From the NCBI GenBank assembly GCA_038231275.1, contig JBBRLQ010000015.1, positions 1 through 64,000 of the forward strand: a DNA stretch of 64,000 nucleotides. Reading direction: 5' to 3'. The position numbers and the translations under genes are program-made. This DNA comes from Polyangiales bacterium. Lineage in GTDB: Bacteria; Myxococcota_A; Polyangia; Polyangiales; Polyangiaceae. The notes below the pieces were generated by a model. That model did no database searches and was not told the DNA's origin. It saw nothing but the letters and a program-made list of their open reading frames with translations. Position 1 is the first letter of the stretch. Each line of letters starts with the position of its first letter. Of the stretch, positions 9,727 through 19,533 are shown piece by piece.

Positions 9727-11566
9727 GGCGCCGGCCCGCCCAATACGCCGCGAGGTAGTCGACGCCCGGGTACACGAGGCGCGGAGCGCCCGAGTCCGCG
9801 AGCTGCCACGGCTGACGCTGCCACTGGAAGTCCTCGACGACGCGATCCTTCACGTCGACCGCGAGCGTCGTGGTGTCACACAGGATCGGTGACGTGCACG
9901 TCGTGTCGTGCGGCATGTACGCCGGCGACGCGGTCAAATTGCGTGCGATGCGAACACGCGGTCCCGGCGAGAACTGCGCGAGCTGGAGCGACGCCGCGTC
10001 GAGATCGGCCTTCGCGGGAGACGCGCGCGTCGCCGCCCAGAGGAACGCGAAATAGGGATTTTTGTGCCCTTTCAGCGCGGTCCACATCTTCCCATCGAAG
10101 ATCTGATCGCGCACGCGAGGACCGAGCGTCGGCGACGTCTCGAGCATCGCGTAGGTGTGCGCGAGGATGAACGCGATGTGGTTCGCAAAGTAGCCGTTGC
10201 CGCAATTTGACCCGAACGTCCACCCGGCGGCGATGTCGAGCCAGGCGGACGCGTGGGCGGCGTAATAGTCCACGAAGGCTTTGTGGTCGGCCTCCATGCC
10301 CGGCACGCCGTCGGTCGTGAGGATCGCGATCTTGAAGATGGCGCCGAGCATGAGCGCCGACGACGCGCGCGGTATCGGAATGGCGACGCCGAGGATTTGC
10401 TTCACGAGGATCGAGTAGTCGGGGAAAAATTCCCGCATCCCGACGATCTTCGCGTCGCTCGGGCTCGAGGTCGACAATGTGATTTGGAGCTTTCCGCCCG
10501 GCATCTCGCTCGGCGCGAGGACGACGTTCTCGAGATCGAGGCTCTTGGTGAAGGACACGTTGCCGTTGATCGTGACGAGGGCCTGGACGCCGGGTCGCAC
10601 CTTCATGAGCTCGCGCGCGACGGCGACGGTGTCCTGACGAAGGATGTCCTTGACCGCGGGATCTTGCGTCGCGAGGTAGCCGACGTACTCGCCGAGGAGG
10701 ACGCCGGTGTACTGGTCGCGGCTCGTGGCGCCGAGCCAATTCACGGCGCCTGCCGGCGTGGCGACGCCGCAGTGCCATTCGGGATCGGCGCACGGGTTGG
10801 GATCGTCGAGCACGGGCGCGCCGGTCGCTGGGAGGACGACGCGCGCGAGGTAGCCAGGATCGCCGGTCGCCGTGAAATTCGTGTGCAGCGTGCGCGCGAT
10901 GGTGGCGACCTGAGCGGCGGCGTCCGGGGAGCCGGTCGCGAGCAGGCGCCATGCCTCGGCGGCGAGCGCGGAGCCGGTCCAGATCGCCGAGTCGTGGAAT
11001 CCGTCGTAGTGCGAGATCTTCGTCAACGTCGCGTCGGTGTAGTCGGCGTTCATTACGGCGCCGGCGGGCATGTTCGTGGCGCGGAGGCGGCGGTCGTAGT
11101 CGCGCGCACGATCGTGGAGGCTGCCGGACGGATCGGGCGCGACGAACGAGTGCGTGCCGAGGTCCCAGAGCTTGCACGTTGCGGACGCGTCGGTCGCGCC
11201 GAGGGCGCACTCGTCGACGCACGCGGTCGCCGAGCACGCGCCCGCGAAGCACCCCGCGGGGCACGTCTCGGTGACCCACGCCCCTCCGTTCGAGGACGGC
11301 ACGCAGTGCGCGCGCTGGTTCCAGCCGACACACTTCGGCGCGGCGTCGGTGCAGCCGTACGGCGCGCCCGCGTCCAAGGGGGTCGGCGTGCTGGCGTCCG
11401 GCGCGACGGTCCCGGGCGCCGCGTCTGGTCCCCCCGAAGACGCGTTCGGAGGAGTCGCGCCGCTGCTGCTCGATGCGTTCGCGCTGCCGCTCCCATCGCT
11501 TCCACACGCCGCGACCGCGCATGCGCCAATTGCGAGGACGCCCAAGGTCGCGGTGCGAACGTTCAT
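9674..11566 (-). CDS. Lipoprotein with Cys-rich region and putative (alpha/alpha)-toroid hydrolase-like domain
   Basis: Lipobox VAAC; DSAIWTG, TSRDQYTG and GVDYLAAYW motifs. Confidence 0.65.
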   Translation of the reverse strand: MNVRTATLGVLAIGACAVAACGSDGSGSANASSSSGATPPNASSGGPDAAPGTVAPDASTPTPLDAGAPYGCTDAAPKCVGWNQRAHCVPSSNGGAWVTETCPAGCFAGACSATACVDECALGATDASATCKLWDLGTHSFVAPDPSGSLHDRARDYDRRLRATNMPAGAVMNADYTDATLTKISHYDGFHDSAIWTGSALAAEAWRLLATGSPDAAAQVATIARTLHTNFTATGDPGYLARVVLPATGAPVLDDPNPCADPEWHCGVATPAGAVNWLGATSRDQYTGVLLGEYVGYLATQDPAVKDILRQDTVAVARELMKVRPGVQALVTINGNVSFTKSLDLENVVLAPSEMPGGKLQITLSTSSPSDAKIVGMREFFPDYSILVKQILGVAIPIPRASSALMLGAIFKIAILTTDGVPGMEADHKAFVDYYAAHASAWLDIAAGWTFGSNCGNGYFANHIAFILAHTYAMLETSPTLGPRVRDQIFDGKMWTALKGHKNPYFAFLWAATRASPAKADLDAASLQLAQFSPGPRVRIARNLTASPAYMPHDTTCTSPILCDTTTLAVDVKDRVVEDFQWQRQPWQLADSGAPRLVYPGVDYLAAYWAGRRHGFVADDRPGTCARFDR

Positions 11567-11651
11567 GTGTGTGCGTTCCCACGTGCGCGCACGACGGTGA
11601 AGGACCCTCCGCGCCAAATCGACCGGCGTCTCGCGCCACCCGCCCGCCACC

Positions 11652-12653
11652 TCACGCCTGCGGCGGCGCGCCCTTGCGAAAGGCCTGCGGGCTCACCCCC
11701 GTCCAGCGCCGGAAAGACCGAAAAAACGCGCTCGGTTCGGAGAGGCCGAGCCGGTACGCGACCTCGGTGACCGACAGCGCGCCATCGGCGAGCAAGCGGA
11801 GCGCGCGCTCGCGGCGCACCTCGTCGAGGAGGATCGTGTGGGACGTGCCGCGCGCCTTGAGCTCGCGCTGGAGGGTGCGGCGAGTGAGGTGCACGCGTGC
11901 GGCGGCAGCATCGAGGGTCGTCTCGCGAGCGTCGAGCAGCTCGGCGACGGCGACGCGAACGCGCACGACGAGGGGATCGGGTGCGCCGGGAGCCGGAGCG
12001 ATCTCGCGCATCCGATCCTCGAGCGCCTCGGCGAGCGATGACGCCGCGGTCAAGAGCGGGAGCGCCAGGAGCGACGCCTCGAGCTCGAGGCGATCGCCCG
12101 GCGCGTCCCACTCGACCGGTACGCCGAAGAACGCGTCGTGGGCGGCCGTGCTCGCCGGCGCTCCGTGCGCGAACGTCACGCGCGCGAGCGGCGACGGACG
12201 GCCCAGCGTCTGCCGAATGCGCAGAGCGATCATCGCCGACGCGAACTCCGCCCAGTGCCGGCTGTGCCCCGCGCCTGCCTTCCGTTCGAAGAGGAGCGAC
12301 GCTCGCTCGCCCTCCTCCACCACCGTGAGCGTCACGCGCTCCGTGACGACCGAGTAGTACTTCGCGACGCGCCTTATCGCGTCGCCGAGGCAGGAGCTGG
12401 TGCACAGCGCGTAGTCGAGGATGCCGAGGCTCCCGATTGGCAGGCGCGCTGCGAGGGTAAGCGCCACCGCGGGATCGCCGAGCTGCGCGGCGGCGGCGTC
12501 GAATATCGCGTCGGCGCGCGCGCCGAGCACCGTGGGGCCGGCTTCGAGGGCGAGCCGCGCCGTGTCGACGCCCGCGGCCTCGAGCGCGCGCACGACCGGC
12601 CCGACGATCTGGCCGGAGATCCCGAGCTCACGCTCTGCCTTGGAGGACCGCAC
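11652..12653 (-). CDS. AraC family transcriptional regulator
   Basis: RRTLQREL...EVAYRLGLSEPSAFFRSFRRWTGVSP helix-turn-helix. Confidence 0.92.
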   Translation of the reverse strand: MRSSKAERELGISGQIVGPVVRALEAAGVDTARLALEAGPTVLGARADAIFDAAAAQLGDPAVALTLAARLPIGSLGILDYALCTSSCLGDAIRRVAKYYSVVTERVTLTVVEEGERASLLFERKAGAGHSRHWAEFASAMIALRIRQTLGRPSPLARVTFAHGAPASTAAHDAFFGVPVEWDAPGDRLELEASLLALPLLTAASSLAEALEDRMREIAPAPGAPDPLVVRVRVAVAELLDARETTLDAAAARVHLTRRTLQRELKARGTSHTILLDEVRRERALRLLADGALSVTEVAYRLGLSEPSAFFRSFRRWTGVSPQAFRKGAPPQA

Positions 12654-12692
12654 GCGCCTAGCGTACTCACGGTGCTACGTTTGGGCACCCCG

Positions 12693-13355
12693 ATGGAGGA
12701 CGATCGCGCGCGCCGGTTCTTCGACGCCATTGCGCCTCGGTACGATCGCGCGTACGCGATGCCGCGCGACGCCTCGCGGATTCGAATGGCGAGGGTGCTC
12801 GCCGAGCTGCCGCCGCGCGCGCGCGTGCTCGACCTCGGCGTCGGCACCGGCCGCGAGCTGGCCGCGCTCCTCGACGCAGGACACGCGCCGATCGGCCTCG
12901 ATTTCTCGCCTGCAATGCTTGCACTATGCAACCGTCGGGCGCGGCCCATCCCGACCGTCCTCGCGAGCTTCTGGGAGCCGCTCCCCTTCGCCGATGCCGC
13001 CTTCGACGCCGCGCTCGCGCTCCACGGCACCCTCGCGCACCCGCCAAACGACGCGGCGCTCCTCGGCCTCGGCGCGGAGCTCGCGCGCGTGCTCGCACCC
13101 GGGGGCGTCTTCCTCGCAGAGGCCCCGTCCCCCGCGTGGCTCGACGCGCTGGACACCGCCGCCGCCGAGGACCCCCGCGCGAGGCGCCTCGGGCCCGATC
13201 GCTTCGTCTACGAAGACGTCACCTCGGGCGCCACGATCGAAGCGCGCGTCCTCGACGAGGCGGCGTGGACCGCGGCGCTCGGTCCCGCCCTCGACGTGCG
13301 CGTGGAAGCAGCGGGACCGTTCGACCTCCTCGTCGTCGGCCGACGCATGCGCTAG
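12693..13355 (+). CDS. Class I SAM-dependent methyltransferase
   Basis: VLDLGVGTG, GLDFSPAML, LPFADAAFD and RVLAPGG motifs. Confidence 0.88.
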   Translation: MEDDRARRFFDAIAPRYDRAYAMPRDASRIRMARVLAELPPRARVLDLGVGTGRELAALLDAGHAPIGLDFSPAMLALCNRRARPIPTVLASFWEPLPFADAAFDAALALHGTLAHPPNDAALLGLGAELARVLAPGGVFLAEAPSPAWLDALDTAAAEDPRARRLGPDRFVYEDVTSGATIEARVLDEAAWTAALGPALDVRVEAAGPFDLLVVGRRMR

Positions 13356-13365
13356 GTTTTCATCG

Positions 13366-14688
13366 GTGCGAACCCGCGCTCTTGTTCTTTCCGCCTCCGT
13401 CGCGTTTCTCTCGATCGCCTCCGCCGGGGTCGCGCGCGCGAACGGGCGGTTCCCTGCCGCCAACCAGCTCGTGGTCTCGAAGACGACGCCGAGCTCGATG
13501 ATCTTGCGCACGACGTTCGGCATCCTCTTCTCTCAGGATGGCGGGACGACGTGGGACTGGGTCTGCGAAAAAGCGATCGGCTACGGCGGCACCGAGGATC
13601 CGTCGATGGGGCTCACCGCCGACGGTACCGTCCTCGCCGGGACGTTCGAAGGGCTCGCGACGTCGCCCGACAAGGGCTGCTCGTGGGCGTTCGCGCCAGG
13701 GAAGCTGACGCAGAACGTCGTCGTCGATCTCGTGGTTCGTCCCGACGCGCCAGCGACCTCGCTCGTCTTCACCAACAAATTTTCGATGGCCGACGACGCG
13801 GGCACGGCGCTGTTCCAATCGGACATTTTCATGGCGACCGACAACGGCAAGACCTACGCGCCGCTCGGTCCGTCGCTCGATCCGACGGTCCTGTTCGAGA
13901 CGCTGGAGGTCGCGGCCAGCGATGCGGCGCGCGTCTACGTCTCTGGCGTGCGCGGAAACGGCGCGACCGAGCAGGGCGTCGTCCTCGTGTCGAAGGACAC
14001 CGGCGCGTCGTGGAAGGAGTACAAGGTCCCGCTCGACATCGCGACCGAGCGCGCGCCGTTCATCTCCGCGGTCGATCCCAAGAACGCCGATCGCGTGTAC
14101 GTGCGGACGAAGGGGAGCGCTGGAAGCCGACTGCTCGTGAGCGACGACGGCGCGCAGACCTTCCGCGAGGTGCTCAAGTTCACGGGCGACATGCTCGGCT
14201 TCGCGATCTCCGACGACGGGCAGAAGGTCTACGCCGGGGGACCGAAGGACGGGCTCCAAGAGGCGAGCGCCGCCTCGCTGACGTTCACGTCGAAGTCGAC
14301 GATCGGCGTGCAGTGCCTCACCGCGAGCGGCGCGAATCTCTACGCGTGCTCGAGCGAGGTCTCCGGCTTCATCCTCGGCGCATCAAAGGACGACGGCGCC
14401 ACCTTCGCGCCACTCCTCCACTTGTACGGCGTGCGCGGACCGCTCGCCTGCGGCGCATCGACGAGCCAGGCGAAGTGCGTCCCTGATTGGCCAGCGCTGA
14501 AGGACTCGCTCGGCAGCGCCCCGGATGCCGGCGACGACGCGGGCGATGCGGGCGCGCCTATGGGCGGCGGCGGAACGAGCAAGGGATGCTCCTGCGACGC
14601 GACGCCCGGGAGCGGCGACGGTCTCTTCGCGCTCGGCGCTCTCGGGGCAGGCGCGGCGGTCCTCCTGGCGAAGCGCCGTCGGAAGTAG
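13366..14688 (+). CDS. Secreted BNR/beta-propeller protein with MYXO-CTERM sorting domain
   Basis: Signal peptide ending ARA, SxDxGxT(W/F) Asp-box repeats, C-terminal GCSC-hydrophobic-KRRRK. Confidence 0.85.
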   Translation: MRTRALVLSASVAFLSIASAGVARANGRFPAANQLVVSKTTPSSMILRTTFGILFSQDGGTTWDWVCEKAIGYGGTEDPSMGLTADGTVLAGTFEGLATSPDKGCSWAFAPGKLTQNVVVDLVVRPDAPATSLVFTNKFSMADDAGTALFQSDIFMATDNGKTYAPLGPSLDPTVLFETLEVAASDAARVYVSGVRGNGATEQGVVLVSKDTGASWKEYKVPLDIATERAPFISAVDPKNADRVYVRTKGSAGSRLLVSDDGAQTFREVLKFTGDMLGFAISDDGQKVYAGGPKDGLQEASAASLTFTSKSTIGVQCLTASGANLYACSSEVSGFILGASKDDGATFAPLLHLYGVRGPLACGASTSQAKCVPDWPALKDSLGSAPDAGDDAGDAGAPMGGGGTSKGCSCDATPGSGDGLFALGALGAGAAVLLAKRRRK

Positions 14689-14689
14689 C

Positions 14690-16093
14690 TCAGGCCGGGG
14701 ACCAGACCGGCGCGTCGACGCCGAGCGGACCCGGCGCGTGGGTCCATGCCGGCGCAGCGCCCTCGAGCGTGCCGGGACAACGAACGCGACGCAGACGCCC
14801 CAACGGAGACTCGACCTCCTCGAGAAACGGAGCCGCGTCCTCGGCGCCGAGCTCGGGCGCGCGCGGATCGCCGTCGTCACCCAACGCCGTGAGCGCGAAC
14901 GCCGTACGCGCGAGCGAGAGGCGACTCTCGCTCGCCTCGCCAGCCCGCTCGAGACGTGTCAACGCGCGGCACGTCGCCGCCGCGAGCAGGTAACCGGTCC
15001 CGTGATCGAGCGCCTGCGCAGGCAGTGGAATCGGCGCGTCTCCGCCGGCGACCTCGCGACCGCGCGCCGCGACTCCGGCGCTCATTTGCACGAGGCTGTC
15101 GAAGCCTCGCCGATTCGCCCACGGGCCGGTCCAGCCGTACGCGTCGACGCGAACGACGACGAGACCTGGATTTGTCGCACGCAACGTATCGGGCCCGAGC
15201 CCCAGACGCGCGAGGGCGTCGCTCCGGTAGCCGACGACGAGCGCGTCGGCCTCTCGCAGGAGTCGCTCGAAGACGACGCGATCCGCTCTCTCTCGAAGAT
15301 CGAGCGCGGTGCGCCGCTTCCCACCCGTCGTGTCGCCGAGCGCGAGCGCGATCTCTTCGAAGCCGGGCGGATCGACACGGAGGACGTCGGCGCCGTACGC
15401 GGCGAGCACGCGCGTGCAGACGGGGCCTGCGATGACCCGCGTGAGGTCGAGAACCCGTACGCCGGCCAGCGGTCTGCCCACTGCCTCCCGCGCGGGCTGG
15501 ACACGTGCCGCAGCAGGCCACGCGTCGACGGCGACCAGCGGCTCCCGCGAGACCGCGGCCCCCTGCGGATGCATCGCCCACTCGGCGGCGGAGCGCAGCT
15601 TGGCGGCGCAGCCTCCCGCCGCCACCACGTCGTCCTCGACGTCCTCTGCAGCACGCTTCGCCACGTTCGCCCGAACTTCGTCGCGCTCCCCCGTCACACC
15701 GAGGGCGCGGAGCGCGGCCGCGCGATGATGCGCGTAGTTCGTGTGCAGACGCACGAAGCCGTCGCGCGTGGCGTAGTCACCGGCGATCGGATCCCACGGT
15801 GACGGAAGCGCGGCCCCGACCGCGCGGAGGTACCGCTCGCTCCGGAATGCCACCGCGGCGTGACGGCGATCGACGGTCACCGCGCGTGCCGCCTCCCCCC
15901 CGCGCGACGCCCAGAGCTCGGACACCGCCGCGGTCGCCGCCGCGACGCACGCCGCCGCGAACACGTCGACTGCGAAGGGCGACGGCAGGCCACCGCGCGT
16001 GCCCGTCACCCGCACGTCGGGCATGGCCGCGTCGACGCCGCCGAGCGCGCGCCAGAGGTCCAACGTCAGCGCAGTCTCGTCCAAGGCGATCAC
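14690..16093 (-). CDS. CoA-transferase family III (CaiB/BaiF)
   Basis: PLAGVRVLDLTRVIAGP, YGADVLRVD and RGFDSLVQ motifs. Confidence 0.88.
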   Translation of the reverse strand: MIALDETALTLDLWRALGGVDAAMPDVRVTGTRGGLPSPFAVDVFAAACVAAATAAVSELWASRGGEAARAVTVDRRHAAVAFRSERYLRAVGAALPSPWDPIAGDYATRDGFVRLHTNYAHHRAAALRALGVTGERDEVRANVAKRAAEDVEDDVVAAGGCAAKLRSAAEWAMHPQGAAVSREPLVAVDAWPAAARVQPAREAVGRPLAGVRVLDLTRVIAGPVCTRVLAAYGADVLRVDPPGFEEIALALGDTTGGKRRTALDLRERADRVVFERLLREADALVVGYRSDALARLGLGPDTLRATNPGLVVVRVDAYGWTGPWANRRGFDSLVQMSAGVAARGREVAGGDAPIPLPAQALDHGTGYLLAAATCRALTRLERAGEASESRLSLARTAFALTALGDDGDPRAPELGAEDAAPFLEEVESPLGRLRRVRCPGTLEGAAPAWTHAPGPLGVDAPVWSPA

Positions 16094-16103
16094 GCGGCCC
16101 CCG

Positions 16104-17486
16104 TCAGAGCTCGAAATCGGCCTTTTCGAGCAGCTCGGTGACGCGCCACAAGAACGCGTTCGCCGCGACGCCGTCGACGACGCGGTGATCGTACGAGAGC
16201 GCCATGAACATGATCGGGTGGATCGCCATGTGATCCTCGCCGTCGGGCCCCTCGACGACGACGACGCGCTTCTGGATCTCCCCCATGCGCAAGATGCCGA
16301 CGTTGGGTTGGTTAATGATCGCGCCGCCGAACAGGTTTCCCTTGATGCCGGGGTTGGAGACGCTGAACGTCGCGCCCGAGAGATCGTCGATCGTGATTTT
16401 GCCGGTCTTCGCGCGCTTGGCGACGTCGTCGATCGCGCGGACGATGCCGCGGACACCGAGCTCGTCGGCGCGGCGAATGACGGGGACCACGAGACCGTCC
16501 GGCGAGTCGACCGCGACGCCGATGTTGATGTCCTTCAAGAGCACGTACGCGTCGTCGAGCACGCGCGCGTTGATCGGCGGATTTTCCCGGATCGCGCGGG
16601 CGGTGGCGACCACCGCGAACGCGAGCATCGTGAGGGCGAGCCCCTCCTTCTTGTAGCGATCCTTGTTCGCCTCGCGGAGGCGCGACGCCTTGTGGAGGTC
16701 CACCTCCGCCACCGTCACGACGTGCGGCGAAGCGAACTTCGAGTACGTCATGTGGTCCGCCGTAATGCGGCGGCGGCGCGTGAACGGGACGACCTGATCG
16801 CCGTCGTGCGGGCGGTACTGCGGCACCTTGAACGCGCCGTAGCCCAGGCCGGGGATCGGCGGAACGAAGCCGCCGCCCTGGTTGATCATCTGCGAGAGCT
16901 GCTGCGCCGCGGGGGACCGCGTGGCGGCGGGGGCAGGTGCGGCGGGGGCAGAAGCGACGGCGGCAGCAAGAGCAGGAGCGGCAGGAGCGGCAGGAGCCGC
17001 CGGCGCGTCGCCGTTGGCAGGGCCGCTCTCCTTCGCGCGGAGTACATCGTCACGTGTGATCCGCCCGCGATCGCCAGAGCCGCGCACATCCTCGATGTTG
17101 ACCGACTGCTCGAGCGCCGCCTTGCGCGCGGTAGGCGTCGCGAGCGGCGACCCGGTGGCGCTGCGCGAGGCCGCGGCGGCGGCTTGAACGGAGACCGGCG
17201 ACGCCGGCACCGTGACGGCGACGGTCCTCGGCGGCGGCGCGCTCGCGGTGACCCCTTCCTCGATCTGACAGAGGAGCGTCTTCACCGCGACGACGTCCCC
17301 CTCGTTGACGAGGAGCTTCGCGACGCGACCACCGACCGGCGACGGCAGCTCACTGTCGGCCTTGTCCGTCGCGATCTCGACGAGCGGCTGGTCCTTGGTG
17401 ACGACGTCCCCCTCGCGCACACGCCACTTGGTGATGGTCCCTTCGGAGACGCTCTCTCCGAGCTGAGGCATGGTCACGTCGATCAT
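16104..17486 (-). CDS. 2-oxoacid dehydrogenase E2 dihydrolipoamide acyltransferase
   Basis: MPQLGESVSEGT, TDKAD lipoyl-Lys, GSGDRGRIT binding domain, YDHRVVDG. Confidence 0.92.
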   Translation of the reverse strand: MIDVTMPQLGESVSEGTITKWRVREGDVVTKDQPLVEIATDKADSELPSPVGGRVAKLLVNEGDVVAVKTLLCQIEEGVTASAPPPRTVAVTVPASPVSVQAAAAASRSATGSPLATPTARKAALEQSVNIEDVRGSGDRGRITRDDVLRAKESGPANGDAPAAPAAPAAPALAAAVASAPAAPAPAATRSPAAQQLSQMINQGGGFVPPIPGLGYGAFKVPQYRPHDGDQVVPFTRRRRITADHMTYSKFASPHVVTVAEVDLHKASRLREANKDRYKKEGLALTMLAFAVVATARAIRENPPINARVLDDAYVLLKDINIGVAVDSPDGLVVPVIRRADELGVRGIVRAIDDVAKRAKTGKITIDDLSGATFSVSNPGIKGNLFGGAIINQPNVGILRMGEIQKRVVVVEGPDGEDHMAIHPIMFMALSYDHRVVDGVAANAFLWRVTELLEKADFEL

Positions 17487-17595
17487 CGTTGGAGTCCTGG
17501 GGGTTTCGAGGCCGGCAAAGATAGCACCTTTTCGCGTGCCGCCGTACGGCCCGCACGCGGTTGACGAGACCAGTCCGTGGGCCGATCCTGATGAG

Positions 17596-18609
17596 ATGGC
17601 TGGACCGCCGCCGCTGCCTTCGGACCCCATCACCGCATCGAAGAGGCGCGTGGGCGAGACGCTCTGCGGCAAGTGGAAGATCGATCGCCTCATCGACACC
17701 GGCGGAATGGCCGCGGTCTACGAGGCGACGCACCGCAACGGCAAGAAGGTCGCCATCAAGATGCTCTTCCCGCACATCTCGGCGATCGCGGAGGTGAAGG
17801 AGCGATTTTTACGCGAGGGATACGTCGCGAACAAAGTCGACCACCCCGGCGCGGTCAGCGTGCTCGACGACGACAAGACCGACGACGGCTCGGTGTTCCT
17901 CGTGATGGAGCTGCTCGAGGGCGAGTCGCTCGAGGGTTGGCTCGTCCGCGCGGGCGGTACGCTGCGCCCGACCGACGTGCTCGCGGTGGCCGATCAGACG
18001 CTCGACGTCCTCGGCGCCGCGCACGGCAAGGGCGTCATCCACCGCGACATCAAGCCGGCCAACCTGTTCTCCCTGAAAAATGGGCAGATCAAGGTGCTCG
18101 ACTTCGGACTCGCGCGCCTGCGCGATCCCAAGTTCGGTCACGCGAACACCGCCGCCGGCACCGTCATGGGCACCGCGGCGTACATGCCGCCCGAGCAAGC
18201 GCGCGGCAAGACCGACGACATCGACGCGCGCACCGATCTGTTCGCGGTGGGCGCGGTCATGTTCCGCTCGCTCACCGGACGCTTCGTGCACAACCAACCA
18301 AAGAGCGACGACCGCCTCTTCGCGGCGATGAAAGATCGCGCGCCGGCGCTGAAGACGGTGCTCCACAACGTCGCGCCCGAGATCGCGCAGATCGTCGATC
18401 GCGCGCTCGCCTTCGAGCGTGACGGCCGCTACCCGACGGCTGCGATGATGCGCCTCGCCGTGCGCAGCGCCTACCAGACCCTCCGCGCGCAGGCCCGCAA
18501 GATCGCGGAGGATCCGGAGACGCAGCGGCGCCCCGACCTCGACGCGTTCGCTCTCGACGAGCCGTCAAGCGTGGTCGTCGACCTCAGTTTCCACCAAGAC
18601 CCGGCCTAG
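17596..18609 (+). CDS. Ser/Thr protein kinase
   Basis: VAIK, HRDIKPAN, DFG and GTAAYMPPE motifs. Confidence 0.92.
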   Translation: MAGPPPLPSDPITASKRRVGETLCGKWKIDRLIDTGGMAAVYEATHRNGKKVAIKMLFPHISAIAEVKERFLREGYVANKVDHPGAVSVLDDDKTDDGSVFLVMELLEGESLEGWLVRAGGTLRPTDVLAVADQTLDVLGAAHGKGVIHRDIKPANLFSLKNGQIKVLDFGLARLRDPKFGHANTAAGTVMGTAAYMPPEQARGKTDDIDARTDLFAVGAVMFRSLTGRFVHNQPKSDDRLFAAMKDRAPALKTVLHNVAPEIAQIVDRALAFERDGRYPTAAMMRLAVRSAYQTLRAQARKIAEDPETQRRPDLDAFALDEPSSVVVDLSFHQDPA

Positions 18610-18726
18610 CGTTTCGGGCGTTTCGAGCGTTCGCGCGGATTTTTCATAATCCCGCGGCAACGGCTCCACCTACCTCCTCGAACCCACGGAAATCGCCGAT
18701 TTCCGCACTTTATTGGAGGAGATCCC

Positions 18727-19443
18727 ATGTCCGCTCGCTTCTCGTCGCGTCGCAACACGTCCCGTTTGCCGCACCTGCTGGCGCTCGGCGCATCGGTCTC
18801 GATGGCGCTCGTCTCGCTCACGTCCGTCGCGCACGCCGAGGAGGCGCCGGCCCCCGCGCCGAAAGCCGAGCCGGGAAAGACGCTGACCGTGGAGCTCCAG
18901 GCGAACAGCACGCGCGCGACGATCGAGAAGCGCGTCGGGACGACCTCGCTGCCCGCGCTGCCCTTTTCCGACACGTCGTTCGGATCGGTGAGCCACTGGG
19001 AGCATGCGTGCGTCGCGCCGTGCGATTTGAAGCTCGATCCGCACTACGCGTACCGCGTGGCCGGCGACGGGTTGACCCCGAGCCAATCGTTCGCGCTGCC
19101 GCGGGACAAGGAGCGCATCACGCTGAGCGCCGAGATGGGCTCGTCGACGGCGCGCCTCAGCGGCATGGCGCTCACCGGCGTCGGCGTCGGCAGCATGCTC
19201 CTGGGCGGCACCGCCCTCGCGCTCTCGCCGGTCTTCGAGAGCCAGGACACCGGAAGCAAGGCGTTCCGCAGCGCGGTGCTGGCGGGCGGGGTCATTTTCC
19301 TCGCGGCGGGGGTCCTGGAGCTCGGGATGGGGATCTACCTCTGGACGAGCAACGGCACGACGGTGCGCGCGGACCACGGCGTCCTCGCGGCCAAGGCAGA
19401 CGCGCGACCGTTCCGGGTGACGCCAAGCGGCGTGGTGTTCTGA
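18727..19443 (+). CDS. Exported or membrane hypothetical protein
   Basis: GGAGGA RBS, signal peptide ending AHA, two hydrophobic segments, terminal Phe. Confidence 0.75.
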   Translation: MSARFSSRRNTSRLPHLLALGASVSMALVSLTSVAHAEEAPAPAPKAEPGKTLTVELQANSTRATIEKRVGTTSLPALPFSDTSFGSVSHWEHACVAPCDLKLDPHYAYRVAGDGLTPSQSFALPRDKERITLSAEMGSSTARLSGMALTGVGVGSMLLGGTALALSPVFESQDTGSKAFRSAVLAGGVIFLAAGVLELGMGIYLWTSNGTTVRADHGVLAAKADARPFRVTPSGVVF

Positions 19444-19533
19444 GGGCGCACATCGGCTCTGGAATGGTCACTCATCTGGCCACGCCGCTCCGATCGGTCG
19501 ACGGAAATTCGAGCCCGAGTGCATTCTTCTCGT

